The position numbers and the translations under genes are program-made. Positions 7,866 to 16,774 of a stretch of 64,000 nucleotides of DNA are shown here, piece by piece. A model generated the notes under the pieces. It had not been told where the DNA came from, searched no databases, and saw nothing but the letters and a program-made list of their open reading frames with translations. Origin of the DNA: a virus. The first letter of the stretch is position 1. Each line of letters opens with the position of its first letter. The stretch lies in the IMG/VR virus record IMGVR_UViG_3300045988_160093; one strand, given 5' to 3'.

Positions 7866-8483
7866 TTAGTTGTTTTTTTTCTTCTTTTCGTCTGCGAGTA
7901 TGCTTTCCACATACCTCACGACTCTTTCATATTCTCTGCCTGATTTTTCGCTGTCGGCATAGGCTTTTTTAATCAGTTCTTCGCCTGTTCCGTGGAAGCA
8001 TCCGACACTCCATTTATTGTTAGAGCGTGTCCAGGTAAAATACCTTCCACTACTCCAGAAGTTCTTGAAGACTATGTAGTCTTTATTGTCACAGACTTTT
8101 GCATTTCTGATTTTTGCCTCACCATTAACATCAGCATAGCCACAGACTATAGCATTATTAAAAATATCAGCATTATCGTAGACCAAAGCTTCGTCAAAGA
8201 CCCTCGCATGGTCCCAAATCGTGGCATTACCAGAGACTTCTGCCTCACCATAAACTTTTGCATTATCATAAACCCAAGCATTATCAGAGACTATAGCATC
8301 ATCATAGACCATAGCATTACCATAAACCCAAGCATTATCAACTTGAGATAGATTTTTCTCACTTTCTATCCAGCCGCCGAGTTCTCCTGCATTTATAATT
8401 CCAAAATCTCTCAGGGCTTTTATCCTATGTAACGTATGTCCTGCATATTGTAGGGTTTCTGTAGTTAATTCATATTTCTTCAT
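7866..8483 (-). CDS. beta-helix (hexapeptide-like) repeat protein
   Basis: About ten tandem units of the form NAxVYDNAxV (e.g. DNAWVYGNAMVYDDAIVSDNAWVYDNAKVYGEAEVSGNATIWDHARVFDEALVYDNADIFNNAIV). Confidence 0.65.
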   Translation of the reverse strand: MKKYELTTETLQYAGHTLHRIKALRDFGIINAGELGGWIESEKNLSQVDNAWVYGNAMVYDDAIVSDNAWVYDNAKVYGEAEVSGNATIWDHARVFDEALVYDNADIFNNAIVCGYADVNGEAKIRNAKVCDNKDYIVFKNFWSSGRYFTWTRSNNKWSVGCFHGTGEELIKKAYADSEKSGREYERVVRYVESILADEKKKKNN

Positions 8484-8487
8484 AGTG

Positions 8488-8808
8488 CTAATCTTTTATA
8501 CGGTCTGGAACGTCTGGATGTTCTGGATATTTGTTGTATCTTTTCAGCTCGGCTTCGAGCATCGTAATGCTGTCAAGACCGATTGAAATCCTGCCGACAA
8601 AGTTGATGAACTTGATGATGTCGGGGAGGTCAAGGAAGGTGATTTCACATTCACAGAAATGAAATGCTTTGCCTCTTGCGTGTATATCCCCTGCCTCATT
8701 CAGATATTTTACCTTGAACCCATCTTCCAACAAACGGTATATCAAGGAACGTTCTACACCCATCAATCCGAATTCGGGTGGGAACTGGTTGAGTTTGTAT
8801 GTTGTCAT
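8488..8808 (-). CDS. hypothetical protein
   Basis: 106-aa ORF. Confidence 0.5.
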   Translation of the reverse strand: MTTYKLNQFPPEFGLMGVERSLIYRLLEDGFKVKYLNEAGDIHARGKAFHFCECEITFLDLPDIIKFINFVGRISIGLDSITMLEAELKRYNKYPEHPDVPDRIKD

Positions 8809-8815
8809 AATGTTG

Positions 8816-9106
8816 CTATTTTATTCCAATTGATAAAACATTGGAAAGTTTTTCTACCTTCTGTGTCAGCTCATAGTTCTGCTTGTTGAGCCTGTCTCTT
8901 TCAGCTCTCGCCTTGCCGATGTTGACGTGGGCTATGATTACCGAAGCAATCAGAATCGTTACAATCCATACGTATGGAAAGCGCCTTATACAGGCATCGA
9001 GCAGCCTGCCGATGGAGCCGACGGTCAGCCAGATGCCCTTGGCTATCAGTTTCAGTCCCTTGCGCAATGAGGCAGAGGGAGTGAATGTAATTGTCTGTTC
9101 TGTCAT
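8816..9106 (-). CDS. membrane-anchored coiled-coil protein
   Basis: 96 aa with one TM-like segment (FPYVWIVTILIASVIIAHV) and a helical tail. Confidence 0.5.
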   Translation of the reverse strand: MTEQTITFTPSASLRKGLKLIAKGIWLTVGSIGRLLDACIRRFPYVWIVTILIASVIIAHVNIGKARAERDRLNKQNYELTQKVEKLSNVLSIGIK

Positions 9107-9110
9107 AGAA

Positions 9111-9305
9111 TTAAAGTTTTATTGTTTTGTTTCTCACTACAAAGAAGCCTCCGTCGATGCACTTCTGGAATGCCTCTTCATCACCATCGTCGATGGTGGC
9201 GATGCTCTCTCCGTTTACCGTAGTACCGGTGATGTGAAAGCGCCGCTTTATTTTATCCAGAGCGTTCCGGCTCAGTCTTCTGTGCCAATAGATAACTTTC
9301 TGCAT
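9111..9305 (-). CDS. hypothetical protein
   Basis: 64-aa ORF. Confidence 0.45.
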   Translation of the reverse strand: MQKVIYWHRRLSRNALDKIKRRFHITGTTVNGESIATIDDGDEEAFQKCIDGGFFVVRNKTIKL

Positions 9306-9880
9306 ATCCTGTCCTTTATCTCCTGTATTCTTTTTCTCTCCTCATCCGTCATGTTTCTGAATCTTTCAGCATCGTCAGAGATTTTCTGCTGTAGTTCCTC
9401 TTCTTCACGCTTTGCATAAGCGGCATTGCGGTAAGGGATAAACCTTTCACGCAAGAGAGTAAGAATGTCGACCGGAGTAGGATAGAACGAGCCATAAGCC
9501 CCATTCATCAGACCATTGAGGAACAGCATGATTTCAGAAACTTTCAGATAATAGAACTCCTGCACCATTGCGGTGGCAGTATATTCAATCTGCTGGACAC
9601 TCATGCGAGAGGAGAAAAAAGAAATCTCGTTGACGTAAGACAAATGTACCATCAGCAGTTGGATGGAAGAAGAATCGCCATAAGTGTTGTTTAGAGTTAC
9701 GAGAGTAGGGGAAGTTCCGAACAGGCATCTCTCCTTGTATTTCCCGACAGTGCTGATGCAATCCGGGGAATATGCCTTGCAGAAGGAAGAGAAGGTCGGA
9801 AACCTATCCCTTAAAGGAAGCGTCGTATCGCTTGATGTCGTCGATACGCCGTGCGACTGCACCAATTCTTTGTCTGACAT
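9272..9880 (-). CDS. hypothetical protein
   Basis: 202-aa ORF. The N-terminal 77 nt overlap the upstream gene. Confidence 0.5.
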   Translation of the reverse strand: MSDKELVQSHGVSTTSSDTTLPLRDRFPTFSSFCKAYSPDCISTVGKYKERCLFGTSPTLVTLNNTYGDSSSIQLLMVHLSYVNEISFFSSRMSVQQIEYTATAMVQEFYYLKVSEIMLFLNGLMNGAYGSFYPTPVDILTLLRERFIPYRNAAYAKREEEELQQKISDDAERFRNMTDEERKRIQEIKDRICRKLSIGTED

Positions 9881-10193
9881 TATCTTTATAAATTAGTTCG
9901 TCCTCCCAACATCTGTTTCTGAGGAACGTTTCAAGGTTCTTTCTATATTGTTTGTCCGGTTGAGCCTCTACATACAGAGGAACATAATCGAGGCATTTCC
10001 GCTTGTCGGTGCGAGACATTTTCCGCCACAACTTCAAGCATTTCTGCTTGCCCACCTTCTTCTGATACAAATTCCACAGAGTTTCAAAATCGCCGTCTGA
10101 AATCTCCACCATACCATCGTCAGAGGCAGGTGGAGAGATTTCGTAACCGTGGCTTTCAAGCAGCCTGATAGCTGCCAGAATATCATCATTCAT
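9804..10193 (-). CDS. hypothetical protein (start re-set to the ATG at 10193)
   Basis: The track ORF begins at 10298, inside the upstream gene. MNDDILAAIRLLE... starts 1 nt after the upstream stop. Confidence 0.5.
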   Translation of the reverse strand: MNDDILAAIRLLESHGYEISPPASDDGMVEISDGDFETLWNLYQKKVGKQKCLKLWRKMSRTDKRKCLDYVPLYVEAQPDKQYRKNLETFLRNRCWEDELIYKDNVRQRIGAVARRIDDIKRYDASFKG

Positions 10194-10194
10194 A

Positions 10195-10506
10195 TCAGAA
10201 CGGTAAATCCTCCTCGTCCTTATGACTTGGAGCGGGCGAAGCGGCAATCTCTTCGGCAGACGGCTTCTGAGGATTGTCGTTCCATTCACGGAGGTCACCG
10301 ATTATATATTTAGAGCGTTCCTCTTTCGGGGTGCCCTTCGGTGCGATGCTGATATAGTGAGTGTCGCCATAACGGGACGGTTCTTTACGTTTGCTGATTG
10401 TCAGCTGCAAGATAGGACGGGTGGTGCCATCCTTGAAGTCCACCATCTTGATGAGCTTCTTGTCGATTTTGGACAGGTCTATGCTGCCCAGGAAAAAATC
10501 ACTCAT
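10195..10506 (-). CDS. protein with SSB-type acidic C-terminal tip
   Basis: 103 aa ending in DEEDLPF, the canonical SSB client-binding tail (D-D-D-I/L-P-F). Sits in the recombination module. Confidence 0.55.
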   Translation of the reverse strand: MSDFFLGSIDLSKIDKKLIKMVDFKDGTTRPILQLTISKRKEPSRYGDTHYISIAPKGTPKEERSKYIIGDLREWNDNPQKPSAEEIAASPAPSHKDEEDLPF

Positions 10507-10510
10507 ATTA

Positions 10511-10969
10511 CTAAATCATTGATTGGTTTCTTTCTATTTCTCTCTCACAGAACTTGATGCTTTGCGTATCTTCCGGGTCAGGAATCTCAATACCGCCGAT
10601 GGAAGACCAAGCCATGAAATTCCTGATAGCCGAAGACATCTCCTCGGAAGACAATTCAGAAGAAGACCTGTAGGTCTTTATCGTGTTGCCCAATCGGTTC
10701 TGCTTGGTTCTCTCGAAGATATGGGGACAAGCCTGACGCTTCATGTAAATCTCCGAAGCTTCGGTTTCAGTACAACCATACTGACAGGCGAAATAGCGGA
10801 GCATGAAATGATAGAAGCGGTTCTGTTGGGAGGTACGCACCTTACGTGGGTGACGAATTTCAACTTTACGTTTCTCCTGACAAGCCTTTTCAAAGACCGC
10901 ACAGGCATCGAGATAGTCACGGGGGTCGTTAAGGTCGTAAATCATCGTCGGTAGGTATTGTGTTGACAA
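10511..10969 (-). CDS. NinB/Orf-like recombination mediator
   Basis: RTSQQNRFYHFMLRYFA resembles the lambda NinB block RSLDQNRKLWACLGDV. The context supports the call. Confidence 0.45.
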   Translation of the reverse strand: MSTQYLPTMIYDLNDPRDYLDACAVFEKACQEKRKVEIRHPRKVRTSQQNRFYHFMLRYFACQYGCTETEASEIYMKRQACPHIFERTKQNRLGNTIKTYRSSSELSSEEMSSAIRNFMAWSSIGGIEIPDPEDTQSIKFCEREIERNQSMI

Positions 10970-11165
10970 TTCTCTGGAAGATGTTTCTATTGATCAAGAA
11001 CTTGTTGAAGGCTTTCAGATACAGGATTTCCTCATTCAAGCTCTTGATAAGTTTCTCGTGTCCTTCAAGGTCGTCCTTGAACTGCGCTCTCTGAACGCCG
11101 ATAAGATGGCGCAGGCGCTTCACTTCATCATTGATGTTCTTTGTTTCGTTCTTCTTGCTTCTCAT
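10929..11165 (-). CDS. small coiled-coil protein
   Basis: 78-aa ORF with heptad-like composition. Confidence 0.4.
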   Translation of the reverse strand: MRSKKNETKNINDEVKRLRHLIGVQRAQFKDDLEGHEKLIKSLNEEILYLKAFNKFLINRNIFQRIVNTIPTDDDLRP

Positions 11166-11169
11166 AAGT

Positions 11170-11889
11170 TTACAATATTATGGTTTCATTCTTTTTTGCT
11201 ATATATGTAGGGACCGCAAAACGAGAGGCAACCCTTTTCTTGAAGAGCTTCGCATCAGAATTGCGTGACGAGAGATGTATGAGGATAATGTTACGACTCT
11301 TCTCAGCGTGGCAGCGAGAAAGATTCAGAATACAATTGTCGAGCGACATGTGTGAAACCATGAGGCGCCTGCGCTGTCCTTCATCAATAACCCTCTTGCG
11401 CACGTTCTCGGCAAGAATATCGTCGTGATAGTTAGCCTCCAGCAACCAGTGGTCAACGTTGGCAAACTCATACGGCAGCGTGTAGGTGTCGGTAGCGAAG
11501 AGCATCACTCCCATATCCTTGTGGTGTATGAGATAACCGAAATTAGGCACATCGTGCTTCACGTTGAACGGAGTGATGTGATAGCTACCGAAAGCATAAG
11601 TCCTGCCAGCCTGCATCACACAAGGATTGGCAACAGACTTCTTGTCGGCGACATCCTGATTACACCCTACAGGAAATCCCATCTTGCGGTATTCCGTGAT
11701 ATGGGAAGAGTGGTCGCCGTGAGCATGGCTTACGATGCACCCGGAGATACACGACACTCTGTAGTCGATACCTTTTAGCATAGCCCTTGCCTTCACACCT
11801 GCTTCAATCAGTAAAATCTCGTCATCGTCAGAAATCAGGGCGTACCCGTTACCCGACGACGACGAGCTAAACACACGTAGTTTCATCAA
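11170..11889 (-). CDS. metallo-beta-lactamase-fold hydrolase (probable recombination nuclease)
   Basis: HAHGDHSSH is the HxHxDH motif. 4-nt overlap with recT. Confidence 0.8.
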   Translation of the reverse strand: MMKLRVFSSSSSGNGYALISDDDEILLIEAGVKARAMLKGIDYRVSCISGCIVSHAHGDHSSHITEYRKMGFPVGCNQDVADKKSVANPCVMQAGRTYAFGSYHITPFNVKHDVPNFGYLIHHKDMGVMLFATDTYTLPYEFANVDHWLLEANYHDDILAENVRKRVIDEGQRRRLMVSHMSLDNCILNLSRCHAEKSRNIILIHLSSRNSDAKLFKKRVASRFAVPTYIAKKNETIIL

Positions 11890-12788
11890 ATCGGGCAGTC
11901 TTCTACAGGTTTAGATTCCTCCTCCTTGATTTCGACAGCCTGAGCATCGAAAACAGGTTTGGTTTCATTGTTCTCCTCGTTGCGCTGCTCAACCGCAGAA
12001 GATTCATCCTCAGCGAGAGCTGACATCATCTCGATAGACAGATAGCCATACTTGGAAAGTAGCCGGCGAAGGACGGTCTTTATAGCCATAGAGTTGAAAT
12101 CGCCTTCCCATCCGACCTTGCCCTGCTGCGGTCCGTTGACCGCCTGGTCGTTAGCCATATCACAAAGAGCGTCAACCGAAGGCAGCGGATTCTTCTCAGC
12201 GTTGCGCTTGAAAGAAGGAGAGAATTTCAAGGCATATGCAGCCATTTCACCAAGAGACATGAAGAGAGTCTTGGAAAATCCGTTTACCGTCTCGAAGTGG
12301 GCGAAATAGCCGACAACCTTTTCAGATGTCTTCTCACCCGAGAGGTCGATGGCGCCGGAGAGTTTGTCTCTGCCAACCATCTCACCCTCATACACCACAT
12401 CGGCATTGATATTCTTGTACTGCCCGGTACGCATAGCCAACTGGATATATCCTCTATAACCGAGGACTATCTGCGGAGTGGGAACGCTCTTGCGCTGAGC
12501 CTTATCCCAGTTGTTGAACACGAGGATATAGGCATATCCTAACTGTTTGTTGAGAGGCAGTTTGAGAGTCGCCGCCTTGATAGCTTCCTGTATAACCTTC
12601 TTTTGTTCACATTTCTGCAACTGCGTATCGTTAGTGAACACCTCTACGAGTGACGTGGCGAACGTTCCTGCATTCTTGCCCAATACCTGTTTGAGCTGAT
12701 TCTGAACATAAGAGCTGTTGATACTCTTCGTGAAATTCATGACGCCCACTTGTGTAGGAGTCAAAGACTTTGTTACTTCTGTAGCCAT
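11886..12788 (-). CDS. recT: RecT-family single-strand annealing protein
   Basis: LGYRGYIQLAMRTGQYKNINADVVYEGE matches the RecT core block. Confidence 0.75.
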   Translation of the reverse strand: MATEVTKSLTPTQVGVMNFTKSINSSYVQNQLKQVLGKNAGTFATSLVEVFTNDTQLQKCEQKKVIQEAIKAATLKLPLNKQLGYAYILVFNNWDKAQRKSVPTPQIVLGYRGYIQLAMRTGQYKNINADVVYEGEMVGRDKLSGAIDLSGEKTSEKVVGYFAHFETVNGFSKTLFMSLGEMAAYALKFSPSFKRNAEKNPLPSVDALCDMANDQAVNGPQQGKVGWEGDFNSMAIKTVLRRLLSKYGYLSIEMMSALAEDESSAVEQRNEENNETKPVFDAQAVEIKEEESKPVEDCPI

Positions 12789-12790
12789 AT

Positions 12791-14782
12791 TTATCTTACT
12801 GTTAGTTTTTCATCCTCCGAAACGAACAATCTAATCTGCTGCCCCTCTGTGTCGAGGAAATTATCATTGTTGATACTCTCAGCATTGTCAATCACAACCG
12901 GAGCGGAAATATCATAATATTTAGCAATAGCATTGCAGATGTCAACACCAGCCATTATATATCCGGCAGAGTTGAGACCATCCGCAGCCTCTGTTCCCTT
13001 GAATGTGGCTTCACAATACGCTTCACGATTACCATTAACCAGGGTGCGGAACATCTTCCATCTGACAAGCGAGAAATGCTTGTTTACCCTATCTTCAAGG
13101 ATAGAGTCGGCACGTGTCTTGTATTCAACAAGAATATCCTCCTGTTTTTCCAAGTTGGCAATCTGCTGGGCGAGGATTCTGTTCTCCTCATTAAGTTCGC
13201 TGATATATGTGGAAACCTTGTCGAACTGAACCTTGGAAGCCAGAGTCGTTGTAAGACTCTTGATCAACAAATCAAGTTCTTTCTCTTTTGAACGAGTCTC
13301 TTCATCCACTTCCTGTATAGGAGAGTCCTCGACGTTTTCAAGAGCCTTTTCAAGTTCATGAACCTTCTCGTCAGCCGAGCAGTACTTCTCATCCTCAATC
13401 AGCAAATCCCTGATACTCACATCTGGCATGGCAGGAACATTAGCGAGATATTCGTTCTCCTTGTCAATCTCCCCGATACGGACACGGGCTTCTTCAGAGT
13501 GAATAGTGGCGCTTTCAAATTGTCGTTTCAGCTCCTCTTCGTTCATCTTTATCTTCTCAGCAACAGCACGGAGTTCAGCTATCTTGTCAGCCTTGCTTTC
13601 GTTGAACTGCGCTTTGAGTAGAGAAATTTTCTCTTTCAGCTGCTCTTCCGGAAGATATTGTCCGCAGGTCGGGCAAACATTGACGTCGTCGGGAGCCGAG
13701 AAAGAACTCCTCTGTTCCGACTCCCATTTACCACGGAAATCAACCTTCTGTTTTGTGAGGTCAGCGACAGCCTCCCGATTGTTTGCGACAATGTTTTCAC
13801 ACTGCTTCAAGACAACCTGCAGGTCAACCTTCTCGTTGTTATTGGATGCAATCTTGGCGTTGGCTTTCTTGTACTCCTTCTGGGTGTCTGCAAGAATGGA
13901 GTTATATTTATCCTCGACAACCTTTTCCCTGTCGGCAAGGATGATGCGCTGCTTCTCAATATCCTCCTTGATGCGTTTTCTCTTGACGTCAGAAGGAGAC
14001 AATGTCTTTTCCTCTATGATGGAAGCCCTAAGAGTGTCAAGTTCCTTTGTCTTCTCTTTAATCTGTCTTTCAATATCATCCCAATCCTGCTTTTCAGGAA
14101 GAGCCTTTTCCTGTTCCTTCAAGCGGACCGGCACCATGTCGAGTTTCTTGCGGAGTTCACGGATCTGAAACCGCAGATGCTTGTGATAGTCCTCGATGCT
14201 CTGCTTCTGCAGCTCTGCCAACAGGGGGTCGAACATCTGATTATCGCCGGTGATGTCAGACTGCTTGATTTCCCCGGCAAGACGGGAGAGAAATTCACGC
14301 TTTGTTGCCCAAGGCAGGGAGAGAAAATAAGTAGGGGAGGTTATAGACTTGAAGACCGTCTCGTTGACTATATCATTGATATATTTGGTATAGTCGGTAG
14401 ACGAAACGGACTGCCCGTCGATATAGCACTCCTGATAATTGCCGGAGAATACCGTCTCCGTTTCACCGTGAGGCTTTACCCATCGCTCCTTCAATGTTCT
14501 GCGGAGCGTCCTGTCAACACCGTCGATGCTGATTTCCAATTCAACCGAGTGGTCGAGACGGGGAATGTCGATGCCGTCAGCTCCATGGGTCTTGATGGCG
14601 AATGCCGTGCGATACAGATGATCCTTGTTGAACAGACACCATGTGATGGCATCGAGGACCGTGGTCTTGCCAGACTCGTTGCGTCCAAAAATGTTGGTAA
14701 CATCAGGAGCGAATGAGATTTCAAGATTAGGAAAAGCCTTGAAATTCTCAAGTCTGATTCTTTTAAAAAAAATATGCTTCAT
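12791..14782 (-). CDS. SbcC/Rad50-like coiled-coil ATPase
   Basis: N-terminal Walker A (GRNESGKTT), a long coiled coil with a central CPTCGQ zinc-hook-like CxxC, and a C-terminal VVIDNAESI Walker-B/D-loop-like segment. Confidence 0.8.
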   Translation of the reverse strand: MKHIFFKRIRLENFKAFPNLEISFAPDVTNIFGRNESGKTTVLDAITWCLFNKDHLYRTAFAIKTHGADGIDIPRLDHSVELEISIDGVDRTLRRTLKERWVKPHGETETVFSGNYQECYIDGQSVSSTDYTKYINDIVNETVFKSITSPTYFLSLPWATKREFLSRLAGEIKQSDITGDNQMFDPLLAELQKQSIEDYHKHLRFQIRELRKKLDMVPVRLKEQEKALPEKQDWDDIERQIKEKTKELDTLRASIIEEKTLSPSDVKRKRIKEDIEKQRIILADREKVVEDKYNSILADTQKEYKKANAKIASNNNEKVDLQVVLKQCENIVANNREAVADLTKQKVDFRGKWESEQRSSFSAPDDVNVCPTCGQYLPEEQLKEKISLLKAQFNESKADKIAELRAVAEKIKMNEEELKRQFESATIHSEEARVRIGEIDKENEYLANVPAMPDVSIRDLLIEDEKYCSADEKVHELEKALENVEDSPIQEVDEETRSKEKELDLLIKSLTTTLASKVQFDKVSTYISELNEENRILAQQIANLEKQEDILVEYKTRADSILEDRVNKHFSLVRWKMFRTLVNGNREAYCEATFKGTEAADGLNSAGYIMAGVDICNAIAKYYDISAPVVIDNAESINNDNFLDTEGQQIRLFVSEDEKLTVR

Positions 14783-15213
14783 CTTCTTGTTATTTGGTAA
14801 ACGAAATTTTTACATACGGTTTTGTAGTGTTTTGCTATCTCCTGAATCTCAAAGGTAGACAGCTTGTTGTTCTGATGTTTGGCAGCTTCAAGAAGGAGTA
14901 GTTTCTTCTCACCTAATTTCTCGTAGAGACCTTTTCGATAATTGTAGATGTTACCCTCGTCAAATCTATTGCAAGCCCGGCATTGGGCGTGGCAATTGTC
15001 TTCGGAGTATCTTGTAGACATGTGCCTGCGGTTTATGTAGTGACCACAATCGGCTTGGTCGATGGGTAGTATTCTGCCGCAAGAGATACATTTGAAGGCT
15101 CTACCTTCGTATTCCTGGGAGTCTCTTGTCCTGATGAATATGGAGAAGGCTCTGTCAGCCGCCATTATTGCTCTCTTCCTTTTTTCTATCGGGTTATCTG
15201 TTCTTCTAATCAT
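14779..15213 (-). CDS. ninG: NinG/Rap-like recombination endonuclease
   Basis: CISCG...DCGHYINRRHMSTRYSEDNCHAQCRACNRFDEGN matches the lambda NinG Cys/His pattern. Confidence 0.75.
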   Translation of the reverse strand: MIRRTDNPIEKRKRAIMAADRAFSIFIRTRDSQEYEGRAFKCISCGRILPIDQADCGHYINRRHMSTRYSEDNCHAQCRACNRFDEGNIYNYRKGLYEKLGEKKLLLLEAAKHQNNKLSTFEIQEIAKHYKTVCKNFVYQITRR

Positions 15214-15361
15214 AATGTTTTATTTTATTATTCAATAAATGGATGGCTCTCATGTGCGCTTCAAGACAATCGAGAGACATTGATGATATGTTGTCGAGGA
15301 TATTGTCGTAATGTTCGTCAACCATATCCCTCAACATTCCTTTCGTGTTCAATGAAATCAT
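15206..15361 (-). CDS. small hypothetical protein (51 aa)
   Basis: Hand-translated as MISLNTKGMLRDMVDEHYDNILDNISSMSLDCLEAHMRAIHLLNNKIKHYD. Overlaps the ninG start by 8 nt. Confidence 0.3.
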   Translation of the reverse strand: MISLNTKGMLRDMVDEHYDNILDNISSMSLDCLEAHMRAIHLLNNKIKHYD

Positions 15362-15377
15362 ATAATAACAGTTTAGT

Positions 15378-15460
15378 GGGCGCATACGGAATCGAACCGC
15401 CAGCGGATATTTAGATTAAAATGGCTTATTGTAGTGGTGTTCCGCTGCCACTTTGCGCCC
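15378..15460 (-). tRNA. tRNA-like gene, 83 nt, non-canonical
   Basis: Perfect 7-bp acceptor pairing (GGGCGCA/TGCGCCC), GGTTCGATTCC T-loop, and D-arm-like GTGG...CCAC. I could not fold a normal anticodon arm by eye. Confidence 0.35.
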
Positions 15461-15565
15461 TTGTAAATAAAAAGAAGCCCGACCCTCACGGGCAGGACTC
15501 CAAAGTACGAAACTTTCATATTCGCTTGCCTCCGCTGAGGCTCTAATCTATGTAATCTATGGTAG

Positions 15566-15647
15566 TGGCGAAGGGAAGAATCGAACTTCCTTGCTCTCAG
15601 GCTTTATATGCCATGACACACTTCCAGATGCTGCGCCGACCTTCACC
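15566..15647 (-). tRNA. tRNA-like gene, 82 nt, non-canonical
   Basis: Acceptor GGTGAAG/CTTCGCC (one GU), a perfect T arm GGAAG-TTCGATT-CTTCC, and a candidate anticodon loop ATATAAA on a bulged 6-bp stem. Confidence 0.35.
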
Positions 15648-15741
15648 GGTTGAGGAGCTTGTACTCCTCGAATAGAGACCCATAAAGCAGGATTTTCACC
15701 TGCAGCATGTCCTTTTCATGCTGATGTTGGTTAATATAATG

Positions 15742-15978
15742 TTAGAATAATCTCGCTCTTGAATTGTCCATATCCTCCATGGTCCTCACCTTAAACCACT
15801 TCTTCGGGCGGTTCTTCGGTGCGTAGACAACACCGAGACCGATGTACTGCGGACAGGAAAGATGGAACGGAGAGATGCTGCCGCCGAAAAATTCAGAACT
15901 CTGTTCACGGCAGCTGTTCTTGATGTGGCAGAACGATATGTAGTTCTGACACACGGGATGGGTATAAAAGTGTGACAT
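15742..15978 (-). CDS. small Cys/His-containing protein (uncertain)
   Basis: 78-aa ORF located between tRNA-like genes. Confidence 0.3.
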   Translation of the reverse strand: MSHFYTHPVCQNYISFCHIKNSCREQSSEFFGGSISPFHLSCPQYIGLGVVYAPKNRPKKWFKVRTMEDMDNSRARLF

Positions 15979-16098
15979 AAATTCATTTTAAATTAAAATC
16001 CTCCCTATCCTCACGGACGGGAAGGATTGACACATAAATAAATCAAACAAATAGTTATATGTCGAATTAGCAAAATATAATAAAAACAAAATGCGATG

Positions 16099-16181
16099 GA
16101 GACAGGACAGGACTTGAACCTGCGTCTTGCATCAGTCTTTGGAAGACCTGTGCATGCTCTCACCTTTTGAGCTACCCGCCT
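16099..16181 (-). tRNA. tRNA-like gene, 83 nt, CCA (Trp-type) anticodon loop on an elongated stem
   Basis: Acceptor AGGCGGG/CCTGTCT (5 WC + 2 GU), U8-A9, D arm GCTC-AAAAGGTGA-GAGC, and T arm GCAGG-TTCAAGT-CCTGT. The loop TTCCAAA is carried on TGCACAGGTC/GACTGATGCA (4 bp + 2x2 mismatch + 4 bp). Confidence 0.55.
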
Positions 16182-16568
16182 CTTTGAATATATGATGATG
16201 AAAGCGTAAGCCGTTTGCTTTCTTGCCCCTCTTGTGTTCCCTTTATGCTCCGCTTGCATCTTTAAAAGAAAAATGCAGTTCGTTTGTCGCTACTCAGAAA
16301 CACGCTGAGAGAGGACTTGCGTATAATTGTGCGTCCTTTTCACGGGTCGCGGCATCCACGATGCTCTCCGCTACTTTATTACACCTATACTATTTTGTTT
16401 CGATAAGTCAAAGATCGTTCGTCACGGAAGAGCCGTCGCCTCGCCTCGACTTCCTTATGGTTCGCCCCTTGGCTGATAGGGGCAAGGCATATACCGTCCA
16501 TTTGATTGGTTCCGCTCGCCGGTCTCGCTCCGGGTTGTCAGTCTTCAGCTGTCTCGGCGGATGATTTG

Positions 16569-16772
16569 TCAAGGATAAAACCTGTATCTTGATTTTATCC
16601 CAGTGTCGCATTTAATGCAGTTAATCTTACCGCTTCTCGCCATGCGGCGCAGGGTTTCGGGTTTGATACCCATTTGTTGCGCCTTCTCTTCGGTAGAGAG
16701 ATATTTTGGCATCGACGGGAACCGCTTGTCAAGTTCCTCTGCGACTATTTGTCTGATTTCTTCTGCTGTCAT
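16569..16772 (-). CDS. excisionase-like / MerR-type HTH protein
   Basis: 67 aa. YLSTEEKAQQMGIKPETLRRMARSGKI...RYRF fits the Xis/HTH_17 pattern. Confidence 0.55.
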   Translation of the reverse strand: MTAEEIRQIVAEELDKRFPSMPKYLSTEEKAQQMGIKPETLRRMARSGKINCIKCDTGIKSRYRFYP

Positions 16773-16774
16773 AA

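Noticed and set aside
13506-14716. 220-aa and 352-aa plus-strand ORFs inside the SbcC/Rad50-like gene
   Set aside because: They are antisense to a gene with Walker A, coiled coil and a zinc hook. Their translations are Ser/Leu/Phe low-complexity.
16223-16611. Track ORFs 16223..16564 (+) and 16408..16611 (-) next to the tRNA-like genes
   Set aside because: No start context, odd Arg/Ser-rich composition, and a hairpin-rich region. Treated as part of the RNA locus, though a small real ORF cannot be excluded.
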